From assembly GCA_048213135.1 (NCBI GenBank), contig PS015502.1:39993-83119 (forward strand): 43,127 bases of DNA, in the 5' to 3' direction. Source of the DNA: Reclinomonas americana ATCC 50394. Taxonomy: Eukaryota. Below the pieces are notes generated by a model. The model was given only the letters and a program-made list of their open reading frames with translations. It did not search any database and was not told the DNA's origin. Within the stretch, counting starts at the first letter, position 1. Each line of letters starts with the position of its first letter. Shown here piece after piece: positions 1 through 12,100 of this stretch. The position numbers and the translations under genes were made by a program.

Positions 1-1080
1 AACGAAGAGCGCTGGTGACAGCACTGGGAACGCACAATGCAGGGTTACGTCGGCGTGCGCGCACACGTGTGTGTGTGTGCATTTTGCGCTGTGCTGTTGT
101 TGATTGATGATTGTGTGTCGTCCTCAGGGCTCCGTTTACCATTCAGCGATTGTGTGAGTTGCTGGTGGACCCGCATCGCCACTATCGCAGTCTGCGCAAG
201 TTTGTGTGCGCTGTGGACAAGGTGTTGAATGTGGTGTCACCGTCTACCGTGGCCACGGCGACCGACGACGAAATGGTGGCTGTCGACGATTCGGAGGAGC
301 CCGCCGTGCCCATGGAGGAGGAGCCACCGGTGCGTCGGCCCCTCCCCCTCTGCTTCGCCGCATGCACTCATATTGTGCACAGGTTACTCCCTCGGTGCCA
401 TCGCCGTTGCCGTCACCCGGTCGCACATCGTCGCTCTTCTTCGGAAGCCACAGTCCGAATCGCGTGCCGCTGATTCCACAGCACGCCATCAGCGAGCCTC
501 ACCCGTTGCATCACCAGCCACCACCTGAACCGTTCGAGGCGAATCCGTTGCCTTTCGAGGCTCACATGCCGCTGGATCCGCACCACGCTTCCGGCTCCGG
601 CAGCTCCAGTGGCAGCACCTCACCACTTCTTCATCGACCGCAGTCGACGGCTTCCATGCGACCGTTGTCGCCGCCACCGTCGCCGCCGCGAGGCCTGCTC
701 GGCGCCAGCCACGTGGTACACCCACCAATGTCACCACCGCGGCTCCTGTCACAGCAGCAGCCGCCAATGTCGCCACCATCTCCCAATGGTTTGTTGCTTC
801 CCCCCCCCCCCCGTGTGTGTTGACAAGTGATGGAATGGGGCCTGACGGCAACAACAACGCAGCACCAAGCTCGCTCTTCCACACACAACACCCGCCATCG
901 GCGGTGGGTGCTCTCTGGCGGGCTCATGTTGCCACGGTGGAGGAGCCCGACGAACTGGCTCCGGTTGAAATACGTCCTCGACCGCCACCACCGCCGCCGG
1001 CAGTACAGCAGCAGCAGCAGAGTAGCAGCATGTCGGCGAGTGGGGACGCGGAAATGCGCGATGTCCAAGCGCCGGAATAA
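1..1080 (+). CDS. PPP4R2: Serine/threonine-protein phosphatase 4 regulatory subunit 2 (5' end outside the window; multi-exon)
   Basis: The spliced frame reads ...ALGTHNAG|APFTIQRLCELLVDPHRHYRSLRKFVCAVDKVLNV. PFTIQRLCELL is the hallmark of the PPP4R2/Psy4 family. It is followed by a low-complexity P/S/Q-rich tail ending at TAA 1078-1080. Introns at about 44-127, 330-381 and 789-863. Confidence 0.85.
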
Positions 1081-1152
1081 AGAGAATGCAAAGTTGGTAC
1101 GCTCTCGCCGCGGCAGGACACACACACACATGCACCGCGGTGCGAGCAGCGA

Positions 1153-3684
1153 ATGAGCGTAGCCTTTGTCGACAATCCAGTGTTTGCCGAGTACCTCGAT
1201 GGTACACGCAGCAGCGCGTACGCTCGTGTGTGAGCGGAGTGGACAACTGAGTGTGCCCTCTCTCTCTCTCTCTCTCTTTCTCCCTCATCGCAGAGTTGCA
1301 GCAGTCTGGCATTGAGCTGCCCGCCGTCGACATTGTACCAGCACATGCCTTGCAGCACGAGTCCGAGGAGAAGGAGCTGGAGCAGCACGCACGAGACGAG
1401 GTCAGATGCTTCGCGTGCGTGTTGGAGAGTGCGCACAAACTCAATCAACGTGCGCCTGTGCAGAGCTTGTCTCGCACGCCACCGTCGATAGCACATGTTG
1501 CACCCGCGGTACCTCGTTCTGATGGACTGACTCGTCTCTGGCGGAGGCGCCGAGCGCATGGTGCGGACTGATGAATGCAGGATCAGTTTCTTCACCTTGT
1601 CTCCGTGTGTGACCATTGGCTGCGGACCAGATTCTGTGTGGCAGTGGAGTGCGGTGGCCCCCAGCGGCGAGCAGCAGGTCGTGGCCAGCGATTCCACCGA
1701 CGAGGGCCAGCTGCAGCTCGTGGTCACGTGGCCGGTGACTGTCGCAGTGATCGCCGTGGTGCTTGCTCTGCAGTCAGAGTGCTGGATCTGTGTCTGCGTC
1801 GTCATGGCGTTGTTTGCGTTGCTGCTGGCGGTGGATTGGGTGCGTTGATTCGGGAAGGATGCAGCGTTTGTTCATGTTGTGTTGACTGAGTTTGTGCAGT
1901 ACCGGTGGGTGTTGCGGTCGTGTCGACTGGCGAATGTCGCGGCAGTAGATCGGCATTTGAGTGCGTGGCAGGAGGCAGAGCGGGCACTGGATGCGTGTGC
2001 TCGAGCCATTCGAGATGTGGAGGCTGTGCGTCGAGGATACTCGCTGTTGCGTTCTGCACTGCCCCTCTCATGTCCATCAAGTGCGCTCACGAGCCGGTTG
2101 CAGTCGCTTCTCAGCCCCCATGTTTGTGCCCGATGGCAGTGAGCCGTCGTCGCAGCCGCTTCGCCGTGAAGTGTTGGGTATTGTGTGTGATCTGCGCTAC
2201 AATGTGTACCAGCGCCTCGGCGCGCTGCTGCCCGAGCGGTCACTGCCCGCATCCTCGCCTGTCGGCGCTTCGGAAAATCTGGAGGACATTGGCCACGTGT
2301 TTACTGAGGCCGTCAGCACAGTGGCTGCCGTCTTTGACAGTGACCGCCTGTGCGTGGCGATCTCTCTCTTGCCTGGCCTGCATGCATCTCTGCTGGCCAT
2401 AGTCTCTCGATTGTGGCAAGCATCGCGATTGGCGTGCACAGCGACTGCGGACGAACTCGCTGGCGACGATGCGAGCGCACTCAATGTGCTGCGAGTGCAT
2501 GCCAGCCAGTTTGGGCGCGAACTGGCAGCCGATGTGCGCGAGATGCAAGTGCATTTGTGGAGCATCGAGAGTCTCCTCGGACAGACAGCAAGCGCGGACT
2601 CGTCCGCGACACCGGTCCAGGTCATGTGCGAGCTGCTCGATCGCTGCCTCCGCATGTCGCAGGCGTTTGCGATGTGGCAGGATCGCCTGTGGCCGCAAGG
2701 CCGTGTCGGGAGTGCTGCTGGCACCTCGAGTACCTCGTCGTTGCGTGACGCTACAATGACCGAGAGTGTCCTTTTGTTGAATGCACGCTCACGGCTAATG
2801 CCGCTCACGTAGCACCTCGGCTGCACTGGCGCGTCTGAACCCGTGGACGCAATACGTGCAAGCGGTGCTGGGAGACGGACTCGCGGATAGAGTATCGCTG
2901 TTGGCGGCGGATTGTTGCGCTGCATCACGCACCATCGTGTGCATGGTGACCTTTCTGCTGATGACATATGGCGATAGATTTTGCGAGGACGGGAACGGCG
3001 GTCGGTCGCCCAAAGCCGATACCAGCCGAGGGAGACGAGCAAGAGGAGCACGCAGCGGGCGGTGACTGGAGAGCACCGCTGGCGAGTGCGCGTCTCGCAG
3101 ACCTGCTGCAAATGGAGACGACAACGTTGGAGGTCGAGGCACTTGAAGTGGTGAGACACTGATGCGTGCAGTTGATAAATCTCTGGTGGTGCATGACCGT
3201 GGAGGGGCGCGTGCTTTCACAGGCGACAGAGAGTGCACGGCGTGAGGCGGCTACCGGTTTGTGTTTCTCGTGTTACCGATGAAAGTTCGCATTGTGCTCA
3301 TGCGTCTTCTGTCCCCTCGGCAGGCAGGTTTGCGTTGCCGCCTTTGCCGATGCAGTTCGCCATGCGAGCACAGCGGCGAGAAGAGGCCAGCATTGATGTC
3401 GACGATGTTGCGGCCGCCATGACCTCAAGCATGCCCAGCAGGGGTGCACCTACCACCCTCGGCGACAGTGACACCGATGATGATGATGCCGGCGCCGCGA
3501 GGTTCGATGTTTGTGCACGCACTGTGCCGTCTCATTTTTTCGACTCACTGCATTTCCATTCAGCGGCAGTCCGCTGCTGATGCGCGAACTGAGTGCCGTG
3601 CTGCGCAATCGTCGGGAGATTCGTGAGTCACGAATCGAAGCAGGACGTCAGCCAGCAGCACCACCGGCGCCACCTGCGTCGTGA
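1153..3684 (+). CDS. Vezatin-like membrane protein (multi-exon)
   Basis: N-terminus MSVAFVDNPVFAEYLD|ELQQSG. Two adjacent hydrophobic helices (VVTWPVTVAVIAVVLAL, CWICVCVVMALFALLLAV) are followed by ALDACARAIRDVEAVRRGYSL, which resembles the vezatin I(Q/R)E(V/T)ExxxRG(Y/F) motif. C-terminal LLMRELSAVLRNR; stop TGA 3682-3684. Family assignment is by motif recall. Confidence 0.6.
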
Positions 3685-3827
3685 GCAAGCGACGACAAAC
3701 CCCCGCATGCACGGACTGCACTTGTCATATTGTGCAAGTGTTCACTCAAGAGACCTGGTCACACCGAAAGAGTGTGCCAAGTCATCCCCAGCAGCTCCAT
3801 CTAAACGCATCACGTGCGGCAGAAGGC

Positions 3828-6243
3828 TTAGATAGACAGCGGTTCATCCTGCGAGAATCGAACACACGAAATAAGTGAACAATCGCATCGCGTACTGGGA
3901 AACAACTCCTACAGTGAATGTACTCACTGCGCGTCCCAGAGCGCCAATGCCAGACGCCGACGACGACGACGAGCCACCAACTCGCACCGATGCACGTGAG
4001 TCGCCGCCAGACACTGTCGACGGTCTCTGCTGCACGCCACAAGATAACCATTGAAGTGAGTGACCTCTTCTTCTGAGTGCGTAGCAGCACAGCGAGGGAG
4101 TCGGCACACACCTCCGCAGTGGGCGAGCCGCGAATCATCTCCAGCAGTCGGTTGCACTGCTCAATCATCTGCACAAGCAAAAAAAGTCAGCATATACCCC
4201 CGACAGTCTTCAACCACGAGTGCACACACACACACACACACCTGGTCGGCTGAATCGCTCTCGTCGCGTCCCGACAGGCTGAGAGCATTGGCCGTGGCCC
4301 ACACCTTCTCGCGAATGAATCTCCGGTACTCGGCAGTGAGGTTCTCCAACACGCCCTCGAAACGAGCCTTCTGGAACTCGAGGCACGTCTCGTGCTGTAC
4401 CAACGGCCGTTAGGGAAGGGGAGAGGACAACATAGCGAGGAAATAAATGAAGCACGGACCTTCTTGATCTCCTCGTCGAGCGCATTGATCTTCTTGGCCG
4501 AGTCGGTCTTTTGGCGCTTGGTGATTGCATCGGCAAGGTCGCCAGAGGAGAAATCGTACAGCTGCTGTGCCTCGGGGCGGCTCTTGATCCAATCCTGCAT
4601 ATACACACACCCTCGTCAACCACACAAACAACTGCGAGGGAGATTGCTGCATGACGAACCACAAAAGAGCCAGAGGAGCGGTCGAAGAAATCGGCCACAT
4701 CACCCACATTTCGGTCCAGCGAGAATGCCTGGTACGGCAGGGGTGCAAGAGTCAGACACGCACGTACTCTGCAGAGTGAGATGAAACCGATTGCCACCAC
4801 GCACCGTGGCCTCCATGTCCTTGCCCATGGCACCAGTGATGCGATCCAGCTCGAGCCACAGCCGCTTCGTCGTGTCGTCACTCTCGTGAATGCCGAACGA
4901 CTTGAAGCCGTCTGCCACGCTCGTCATCGACTCGGCCATGGCTGCTCTCCGTGTGAGAACGATATAAGGAATGGGCATCACATGCTGCCCGCTCACCGTG
5001 CTTGCCCTTGGCCAGCTTCGAGCACACCTGGGAGAGGTGGTGCAGATCCTTGCCCACGGCCTCCATGTACTCGATGGTGGACTGCTCCTTGCCTGACAGA
5101 CGCAGTGGATCGCCCTCGCCGGGCTTCGAAAACACGCCCTTGATCTTCTTGAGGCCCATCAAGAAGGACGACTTGGTGCTGCGCTTGCGCGACTCGGTGA
5201 GCGCCTTGGCACGAAGCACGGTCTCGGAGAACAACTGTGCTGGATGCACGCGTGTCAGCTCGCTGCACGACTCACACGCATGCTGCATGCCGACGCAACA
5301 TCGGCCGAGTCCGAGATGAAGTGACGCAGATTCTGCGACGAGCGCAGCTGGTGGTGATCCGCAATCTTTTCCAAGAAGAGCTGCAGGCCTGCGACGCGCT
5401 GATCCTCAAACGTTGACGACAGCCGGTCTGTCACCGGCACACAAGGGTGAGCGAGAGCAAGAGAGGGAGAGGGGAGAGAGATCGCGTCATGACACACCGA
5501 CAAGAGACGAGTCGGGGGTCGGCGGAATCACAACGCCAGTGAACTCCTCCGCCAGCACCGAGCGCAGCCACTCAAAGTCAGCATACCGGCGGTACACAGA
5601 CAGCTGTTGGCCGGCGCCCTCGCCTTGCACAATCTGCGCACACGCACGCACACCATGAGACGAGCGAGGACAGATAGAGAGAGAGACACCGCCGCGCCAA
5701 CCTGCGTGTCGATCTGATAGAACGTGGTCTTGTCGATCTTGGTCAGCGACACCGCAAAGCGCATGAACGGGTCGCCAAACGTCACCAAGCAACTGCGTCG
5801 CCCGAGGAGCACAAGTGAATGCGAGGTCACGCGGGGCGGCATGTTGTTGCAGAAATAAGTGGACATCTCTCTCTCGCCCTCACTCATTCAGCAGACAGCG
5901 TGGTGATGAATGCCACTGTGTGTGTACATGCATGTGTGCGTGTGCACGCAACGGCCGCTGCTGCAACACCGGAGAGGCGAGCCCCGACGCCGAGGCATAC
6001 ACCGAGGCGCGCGAGCCAGCTGCCGAGCCACTCACATCACTCCATCCAGGTGCCGACGACGATGACGCCTGCAGGCATGCACAAGAGACACAGAGAGAGA
6101 GAGAGACAAAGAGAGAGCGCGAGACAGTGAGTGAGCCATTTCGCCCCCCACGCCAACTCTCACACACACACGCATGCGCGCACAACAAAGAGCAGGTGAA
6201 AGAGGGAGAGCGTAGAGGCAGACAGGCGCTGCACACGCACCAT
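3828..6243 (-). CDS. Sorting nexin, PX plus BAR (Vps5/SNX1-like architecture)
   Basis: PX motifs TFYQIDTQ, VYRRYADFEWLRSVLAEEFTGVVIPPTP and QRVAGLQLFLEKIADHHQLRSSQNLRHFI, followed by helical BAR-like exons (CLEFQKARFEGVLENLTAEYRRF). The start ATG (6243-6241) is inferred to be followed directly by an intron; inferred stop at 3830-3828. Confidence 0.85.
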
Positions 6244-6328
6244 GATTTGCTGCAAGAGTATACTAGTAGAAGTAAAGCGAGCAATGACAAATTACATATA
6301 TCACACACACACTCTGAGAGCACACAAC
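6244..6328. promoter_or_regulatory. Putative bidirectional promoter between the sorting nexin and PRPS genes
   Basis: 85 nt of AT-richer sequence between divergent ATGs (6243 on -, 6329 on +). Confidence 0.55.
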
Positions 6329-7886
6329 ATGCAGTCACCGCCTGACTCCAGCGATGATCGTTCCGGAGAGTTCTTCCGAGTTGCGTCTCTCACACTCTCA
6401 CACACGCACAGGCACACACGCACTGTTCATTGACACGCTCGTCATCATCGCAGTTGGGCTCGCGGATTGGCGAGTATGGCATCCTCGCAGGCTCTGCGTC
6501 CACGGAGCTCGCTGAGCGCACTGCCACCGCCCTCGGCATTCACCTCATTCCCGCCAAAGTCTCCCGCTTTGCCGACGGAGAGGTGTGTGTGTGTGTGTGT
6601 GTGTTTTGGGAGTTGTTCCGCGACAACATCTACAGCACAAACTCATCTCCGATCGTCCGCCTTTTTTTCTTTGACAACACAGATTGGCGTCAAGGTGCTG
6701 GAGAATGTCCGTGAGAAGAACGGTACCGTTGTGTGTGTGTCTTGTGTGGCTTTGCTTTTCTCCGCTTTGCATCTGATGCACCTGTATCTGTAACAGTGTT
6801 TGTGGTGCAATCGACGGCACCGCCGGTCAACGACAACCTCATGGAGTTGTTGCTGCTGATTGATGCGCTGCGTCGTGCCTCGTGCAAGGTCTCTACTGTT
6901 GATGTGGTTCGTCTTTTTTGCTGTTGTCATGGCGATCTCACATGGACCGCCATGCAGAACATTTATGCGGTCATTCCGTATTACGGGTACGCGCGACAGG
7001 ATCGCAAGACGCAGCCGCGTGTGCCCATCTCGGCGGCCTTGGTGGCCAAGATCATTGAGGGCGTCGGCGTGCATGCTGTCATTGCCGTCGACTTGCACTG
7101 GTACGCTACCACGCTGACTGATGACGATGATGTGTGCGTTCGTGTCGCTGAACCTCCGAGCCCACAGTGGCCAGATTCAGGGCTTCTTCGAGCGACCAGT
7201 CGACAACCTCTACGGCAGTGTGGTGATCAAGGACTACTTCCTGCAGCCCGAGTTCCGCGTGCCCAACCTGGTGGTGGTGTCGCCCGACGCCGGTGGTGCC
7301 GAGCGCGCCGACAAGTTCCGCTCGTACCTCGTGCAGGAGGGATTGGATGTGGGTTTTGCCATCATGAACAAGACTCGCCCGCGTGCCAACGAGGTGCGCT
7401 GTGTGGTGTTTCTCGCTACTGCAATAAGAAGAAAGGCGATGCGAGTCAACTGAACTTCGTGCGCGTGGCAGATCTCGCACATGGAGCTGATTGGCGACGT
7501 CAGTGGCGCGACCGTCATTATTGTCGATGACATGATCGACACTGCCGGCACTCTCTGCAAGGCTGCGCAGGTGCTGCGTGATGCCGGTGCAGGCGACATT
7601 TACGCGTGCGCCTCGCACGGTCTCTTCAGCGGCGAGGCTGTGGAGCGCATTGAGGCCAGCGTGCTTTCGAAGGTGTGCTTTCGTTCACCAATCATTTCAA
7701 TAGAATGCGTTTCGCTCATCGCGCCCGACCCAGGTGGTGGTGCTCGACACCGTTCACACGGAAAAGACCAGCGAGAAGATTGTCACGCTGTCGGTGGCAC
7801 CCTTGGTCGCCTCCGCCATTCGCCACGCCGGCGAGGGCCGCTCTGTCAACCAGCTTTTCGCCATGGCTGGTGTCTCCGGCCACTGA
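6329..7886 (+). CDS. PRPS: Ribose-phosphate pyrophosphokinase (class I PRPP synthetase), 8 exons
   Basis: Motifs [78 protein letters not shown] and ASHGLFSG are joined in frame by GT-AG introns. ATG 6329; TGA 7884-7886. Confidence 0.96.
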
Positions 7887-8036
7887 AATCCTGTGGCCAC
7901 GTGGTCACACTGTGGACGTAGGAGCAGCGCACCGTGTGTGCCCCCTCCTCACAATGAACTCCGTCAATCTCCCGCGTTGTCCTTGGAAGTCCTCGGTTGT
8001 CCTTGTGTGTTTGTGATTGCGGAGTGGGCAGGGACC

Positions 8037-8264
8037 ATGTGCAGCCGCGCTCCTCGTGTTTTCTTCTTCTCATTCCTCGGCCTCGTGGTTTTCATCGTCG
8101 CCATTCAAGCGTGGATGATGGCCGTGCCGCACTGGGTGGTCAGTATTTCTCCGCATCTCCACTCGCACTCGCACACACGCGTGGTCGACACACACACACA
8201 CACACACACGTGCCTCGTGTGCACGAGCTCTCTCCGACGCACAGCACACGTACATGCACACACA

Positions 8265-8302
<38 letters not shown>

Positions 8303-9002
8303 GTGTGTGTCGGTAGTTGTCTTCTCACCCTTCCGCATCACGACACGCAGAAGGGCAACTTTGATTCGTCGGCCACAGTCACCGCCGGCCTTCTCAAGGA
8401 GGTCCTCTGCATCGACGGTGCATGCATCACGGCCGACCTCGATGGCGACCTGCAGTCACAAGGCAAACAGGTTCGGAAATGACTTGTCGGTGCGCTCGTG
8501 CGAGTGTGCACTGCTGACGATGTGTGTGCGTCTGTTGCGCACAGACTCTCATCTTCCTGATCTTTGGCGAGATTGCGGTTGGTATCGCTCTGGCATTCTA
8601 CATTGTGTTCTGGCTGAAGGGATACCGCTTCCTGTGGAAACTGCTGGCCATTCTGTTCCATGGTGCTGGCGTCGCTCTCTGCTTCATTGGAGTCATCAAG
8701 TACACCACGGGTGTAAATCGCCAGGGTGGCAGCTGGGACTACTCGTACATTGTCACGTGGTTGATTACCCTCGTCGGCGCCCTGATCGTGTTCTTCCCGC
8801 TGTTCTTGAGACCGACGCCCGAAGACAAGATGAAGCGGCCGCTGTCGGAGCACATGGGTGGACCCGAGCGGAGTGACACGCTGTTGCGTCTCTGTCTCTT
8901 GCGTTCTCTCGTCGCGTCTCCTGCTTTGTCACTCGCCCTCACTTTCCGTCGCGTGACTGCAGCATGGTGCCTGCAAAGCATCCACACAGCGATTCCGTGT
9001 AA
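8037..9002 (+). CDS. Claudin/PMP22-superfamily-like four-TM membrane protein
   Basis: TM1 (VFFFSFLGLVVFIVAIQAWMM), then a loop with PHW...GLLKEVLCIDGAC (W-GL-C-C pattern), three further TMs, and GGSWDYSY before TM4. The inferred last exon gives ...PHSDSV* (TAA 9000-9002). Confidence 0.6.
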
Positions 9003-9118
9003 TAAGGACCTCTTCTCCGCCAGCTGCATCGCAGCAGCTCGTAGGGCCATGAAATGAAACTCATCGGCGTACAAGACATTTTCTGCTTCGTGTACTACAC
9101 TCTGCGTGCCCCATTTTT

Positions 9119-12100
9119 TCATGGTGGTGGCGCGGCAGCTGACGCCGACGGCGGCTTGGCGGTGGCATCCTGGTAATGGTGATTGTAGTCGAGCCGCACG
9201 AGCAAGTCTCGCAGGTGTGGCTGACTGCGGTAGCGCCGCTCGTCGAGACGCGAGAGCACCGTGACCAGAAAATTGGTGCACTCGCGGAACACATGCTGAC
9301 TCTGCGCCAGTGGCTGATGCAGCGGGTGCTGTGTGGCACGCACAGATGGATGAACACGAAAATGTACAAGTGAGCTTGACGGCACAAGAATTGGCACGCA
9401 CAATGGTCAACAGCTCCGGATAGTCGAGACAGTCACGCAAGTCCTCGCACTGGGAGTCGAATAACCGCTCAAACTTGACGGCCTCCCGATGCAGCTCGCG
9501 GAACACTTGCTGGAGCGAGCTGGCCTTCTCGTTCAGCAGACATCTGCGCGCACAAATACACGAGCATCGTACCGTCAGTGACACACACACAGACCAACAG
9601 CCAGTGGCAACGACAAGAGGCGTCACCTTTGGAGGGCTCGATTCAGGTAGGCCTCGTGCAGGTTGCGCAGCGCCTCCACCGACTGCACCTGGTCGAGTCG
9701 CTCCACAAAGTCCGACCAGTTGACATCCAGCACTTGCGTCATGAGATATTGCTGCATGATGCTGATAAAGTGTTGCATCTCGTGGCGGAACAGCGACAGC
9801 TGTGTAGTGAGGCCCGAATGGTTCATCTTGAAACCGGCCTCTCGCAGCTTCACCCACATGCGCTTGATTGCCGCAGACAGTGCCATGTAGCGCATGAAGA
9901 AACGGAAGAGCACATTGTACGCTTGCAATGTGCGCTCCGTGATCACCACATTCAGAGGCCAACCGACACAGTAGTCAACTTCGAGGCAGTCCATCAGACT
10001 GAGATCTGTATTGGGTGAAAAGGAATGAGCAAACGAGACGCACGATGCAGCCTCGCTGTCGAACGACTCACCGTCGACTGATTCGAGTTCGCTGAACAGC
10101 GGACGCAGGCGGAACCGCAATCGATGATGATGTGGCAACGACGACTCGTAGTTCATGCTCTTCAGGCAGCGAGTGAACACGGCCTGCACGTCGAGGTGCC
10201 ATGGACTCGCCGAGGTTCGTATCTGCCCCCAACAACAGGTCAACAGCCCTGTTCAGCTCCCGTCCAACTAGAAACCCTTGAGACGAGCAAAAACACACAC
10301 CGCAGTGACAAACTCGCTGGCAAACATGTCGAACAGATCACCCTGTTGCGTGAGCAGGTACCGACGGAGAGACTCAAGGTGCCCAGCCAAGTCGACATCG
10401 TTGATGAGGAAATGAAGCGCGGCCTCCTCCACTGCTTGTCGCCTGTACGCACGCACACACAGCCGAGTTAGCTCCATGGTCGTATTACATCGGAACACCG
10501 AGACACATAACTGCGCCATCAGTGGACGAATCACGTTTTCGTGAATCACCACGTCCAGCGGCACCTCCAGATCCACACCATAGTCATCGTGCTCCAGCTC
10601 ATCATCATCGCCACGGCCATCGTCGTCGTCGTCCTCATCGTCGCCACCGTCGTCATTGTCGGCAATGTCACTATCGTCGCCACCGGCATCGTTGGCGATT
10701 GCTGCTACAGCGTCAGCTGATGGTGCTTCTGATGCCTCCGGTGGAACTGACTGCGCAGCAACAACAAGCGGGGCCGGTTCAGCGGCGGACAGCGACTGCA
10801 ACTCGCTGCGCTGCACGACCTCGTCCACAATCGATCGCAGAGCAGAAACCGGCGTGGACGCAGCCACCATGACTGCCACCGCACTCGGCAGCTCGCCGTC
10901 GTCATCATCCGCCAGCTCAATGTGCACAGAGCCAGCGACTGCAGCGTCGCTGGAAGCCGTAACCACCTCCGCTGCACTGCTGTCGCCACCACCAGCGACG
11001 GTAGCGATGGCGATCACAGTGCCCGCCGCCTGTTCGGTAGATTCCGCGGCCGACACCTCGGGCATATCGAAGCTTAGCCGACGGAACGGACGCGCCAACG
11101 GGCTCCCACTGTCGCTGTGGACAGCATCGCCTCTGGCGACGGCAGCCAGCTCTGCTTGCAGTCGCGATTCTTCCTCGCGCAGCATCCGTCGGCGCTTCTC
11201 GGAGCTCTCCAATCTTCTCCGTCGCCACTGACTTCGAGCTAGTTTGCGTGCACTCTGTGTACGAGAGATACTTGAGCACGAGGAGGCAGATAGATCATTA
11301 CCAGATCGATTACACACCCTTTCAGTCATCTCCTTGTACTCGCGCTCAATCTGCTTGCGTGCTGCGTCGAGCAGTAGGCGATCGCTCTCCAGCTGTCGTT
11401 GCTCTCGATCGAGCTCCTGCAAGCGCACCCAGAGTCAGGCGAGACAAGCTCTCCCGAATACACAACACAACAACACTCAACTTCACGCTGACGCTGCGCG
11501 GCCTCCTCGCGCGCGTGCTGCAGTTGCGCTTGATGCGCGCTCTGCATCTCCGTCATGAGCCGTCGCCGCCGTGAGACCTCCTGCATCGCCAGCTCTCGCC
11601 GTTGCTGTCGCCACCGTTTGAACAAGTACGTTTCCTGCGATAGGGAAGCACTTGCACGATGAACAACAACAGCACACACACACACGGAAGGCACATCTGC
11701 TACACAGATCGCAACTCGCTCTGCCAGTGTGAGAAGTCGTGGCACACCGGTCAGTGATGCCGGCTCTTCGCCAGTGATAGCTGTTCGGATGGTCACCATT
11801 CGGTCGCGAAGTTCGCTGGCGTACTGCTCCTCCCGCCTTGTCAGCACCAGTTGCCGCAGCACTCGCTGCTGTTGTGTCAGATGGACGATTTTCTGTGGAC
11901 TGACAGTGAGAGACGACCGAAAACCACCGCACATTATCGCGAGAAAAAAAACGACGCACATCATGTGTCAGGCCGACTCGACGTTGTTTGCTCCGCACGT
12001 CGAAGCGAGGCCGCAGAGTCTCCCACTCCAACACACATTCGTCAACATGCGCGAATCCAAGGCCCGTCAGCGAGCGCAACAGCAGCAAAGTGCGACCGGT

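Noticed and set aside
2197-3159. Long antisense ORFs (e.g. 2197-3159 -, 18350-19231 -, 38111-38914 +)
   Set aside because: These are shadow ORFs expected in GC-rich coding DNA. They have no recognisable motifs, and the splice signals support the opposite strand.
8187-8300. (CA)n and (CT)n tracts here and in many other introns as mobile elements
   Set aside because: These are ordinary intronic microsatellites, with no TIRs, target-site duplications or transposase/RT coding sequence.
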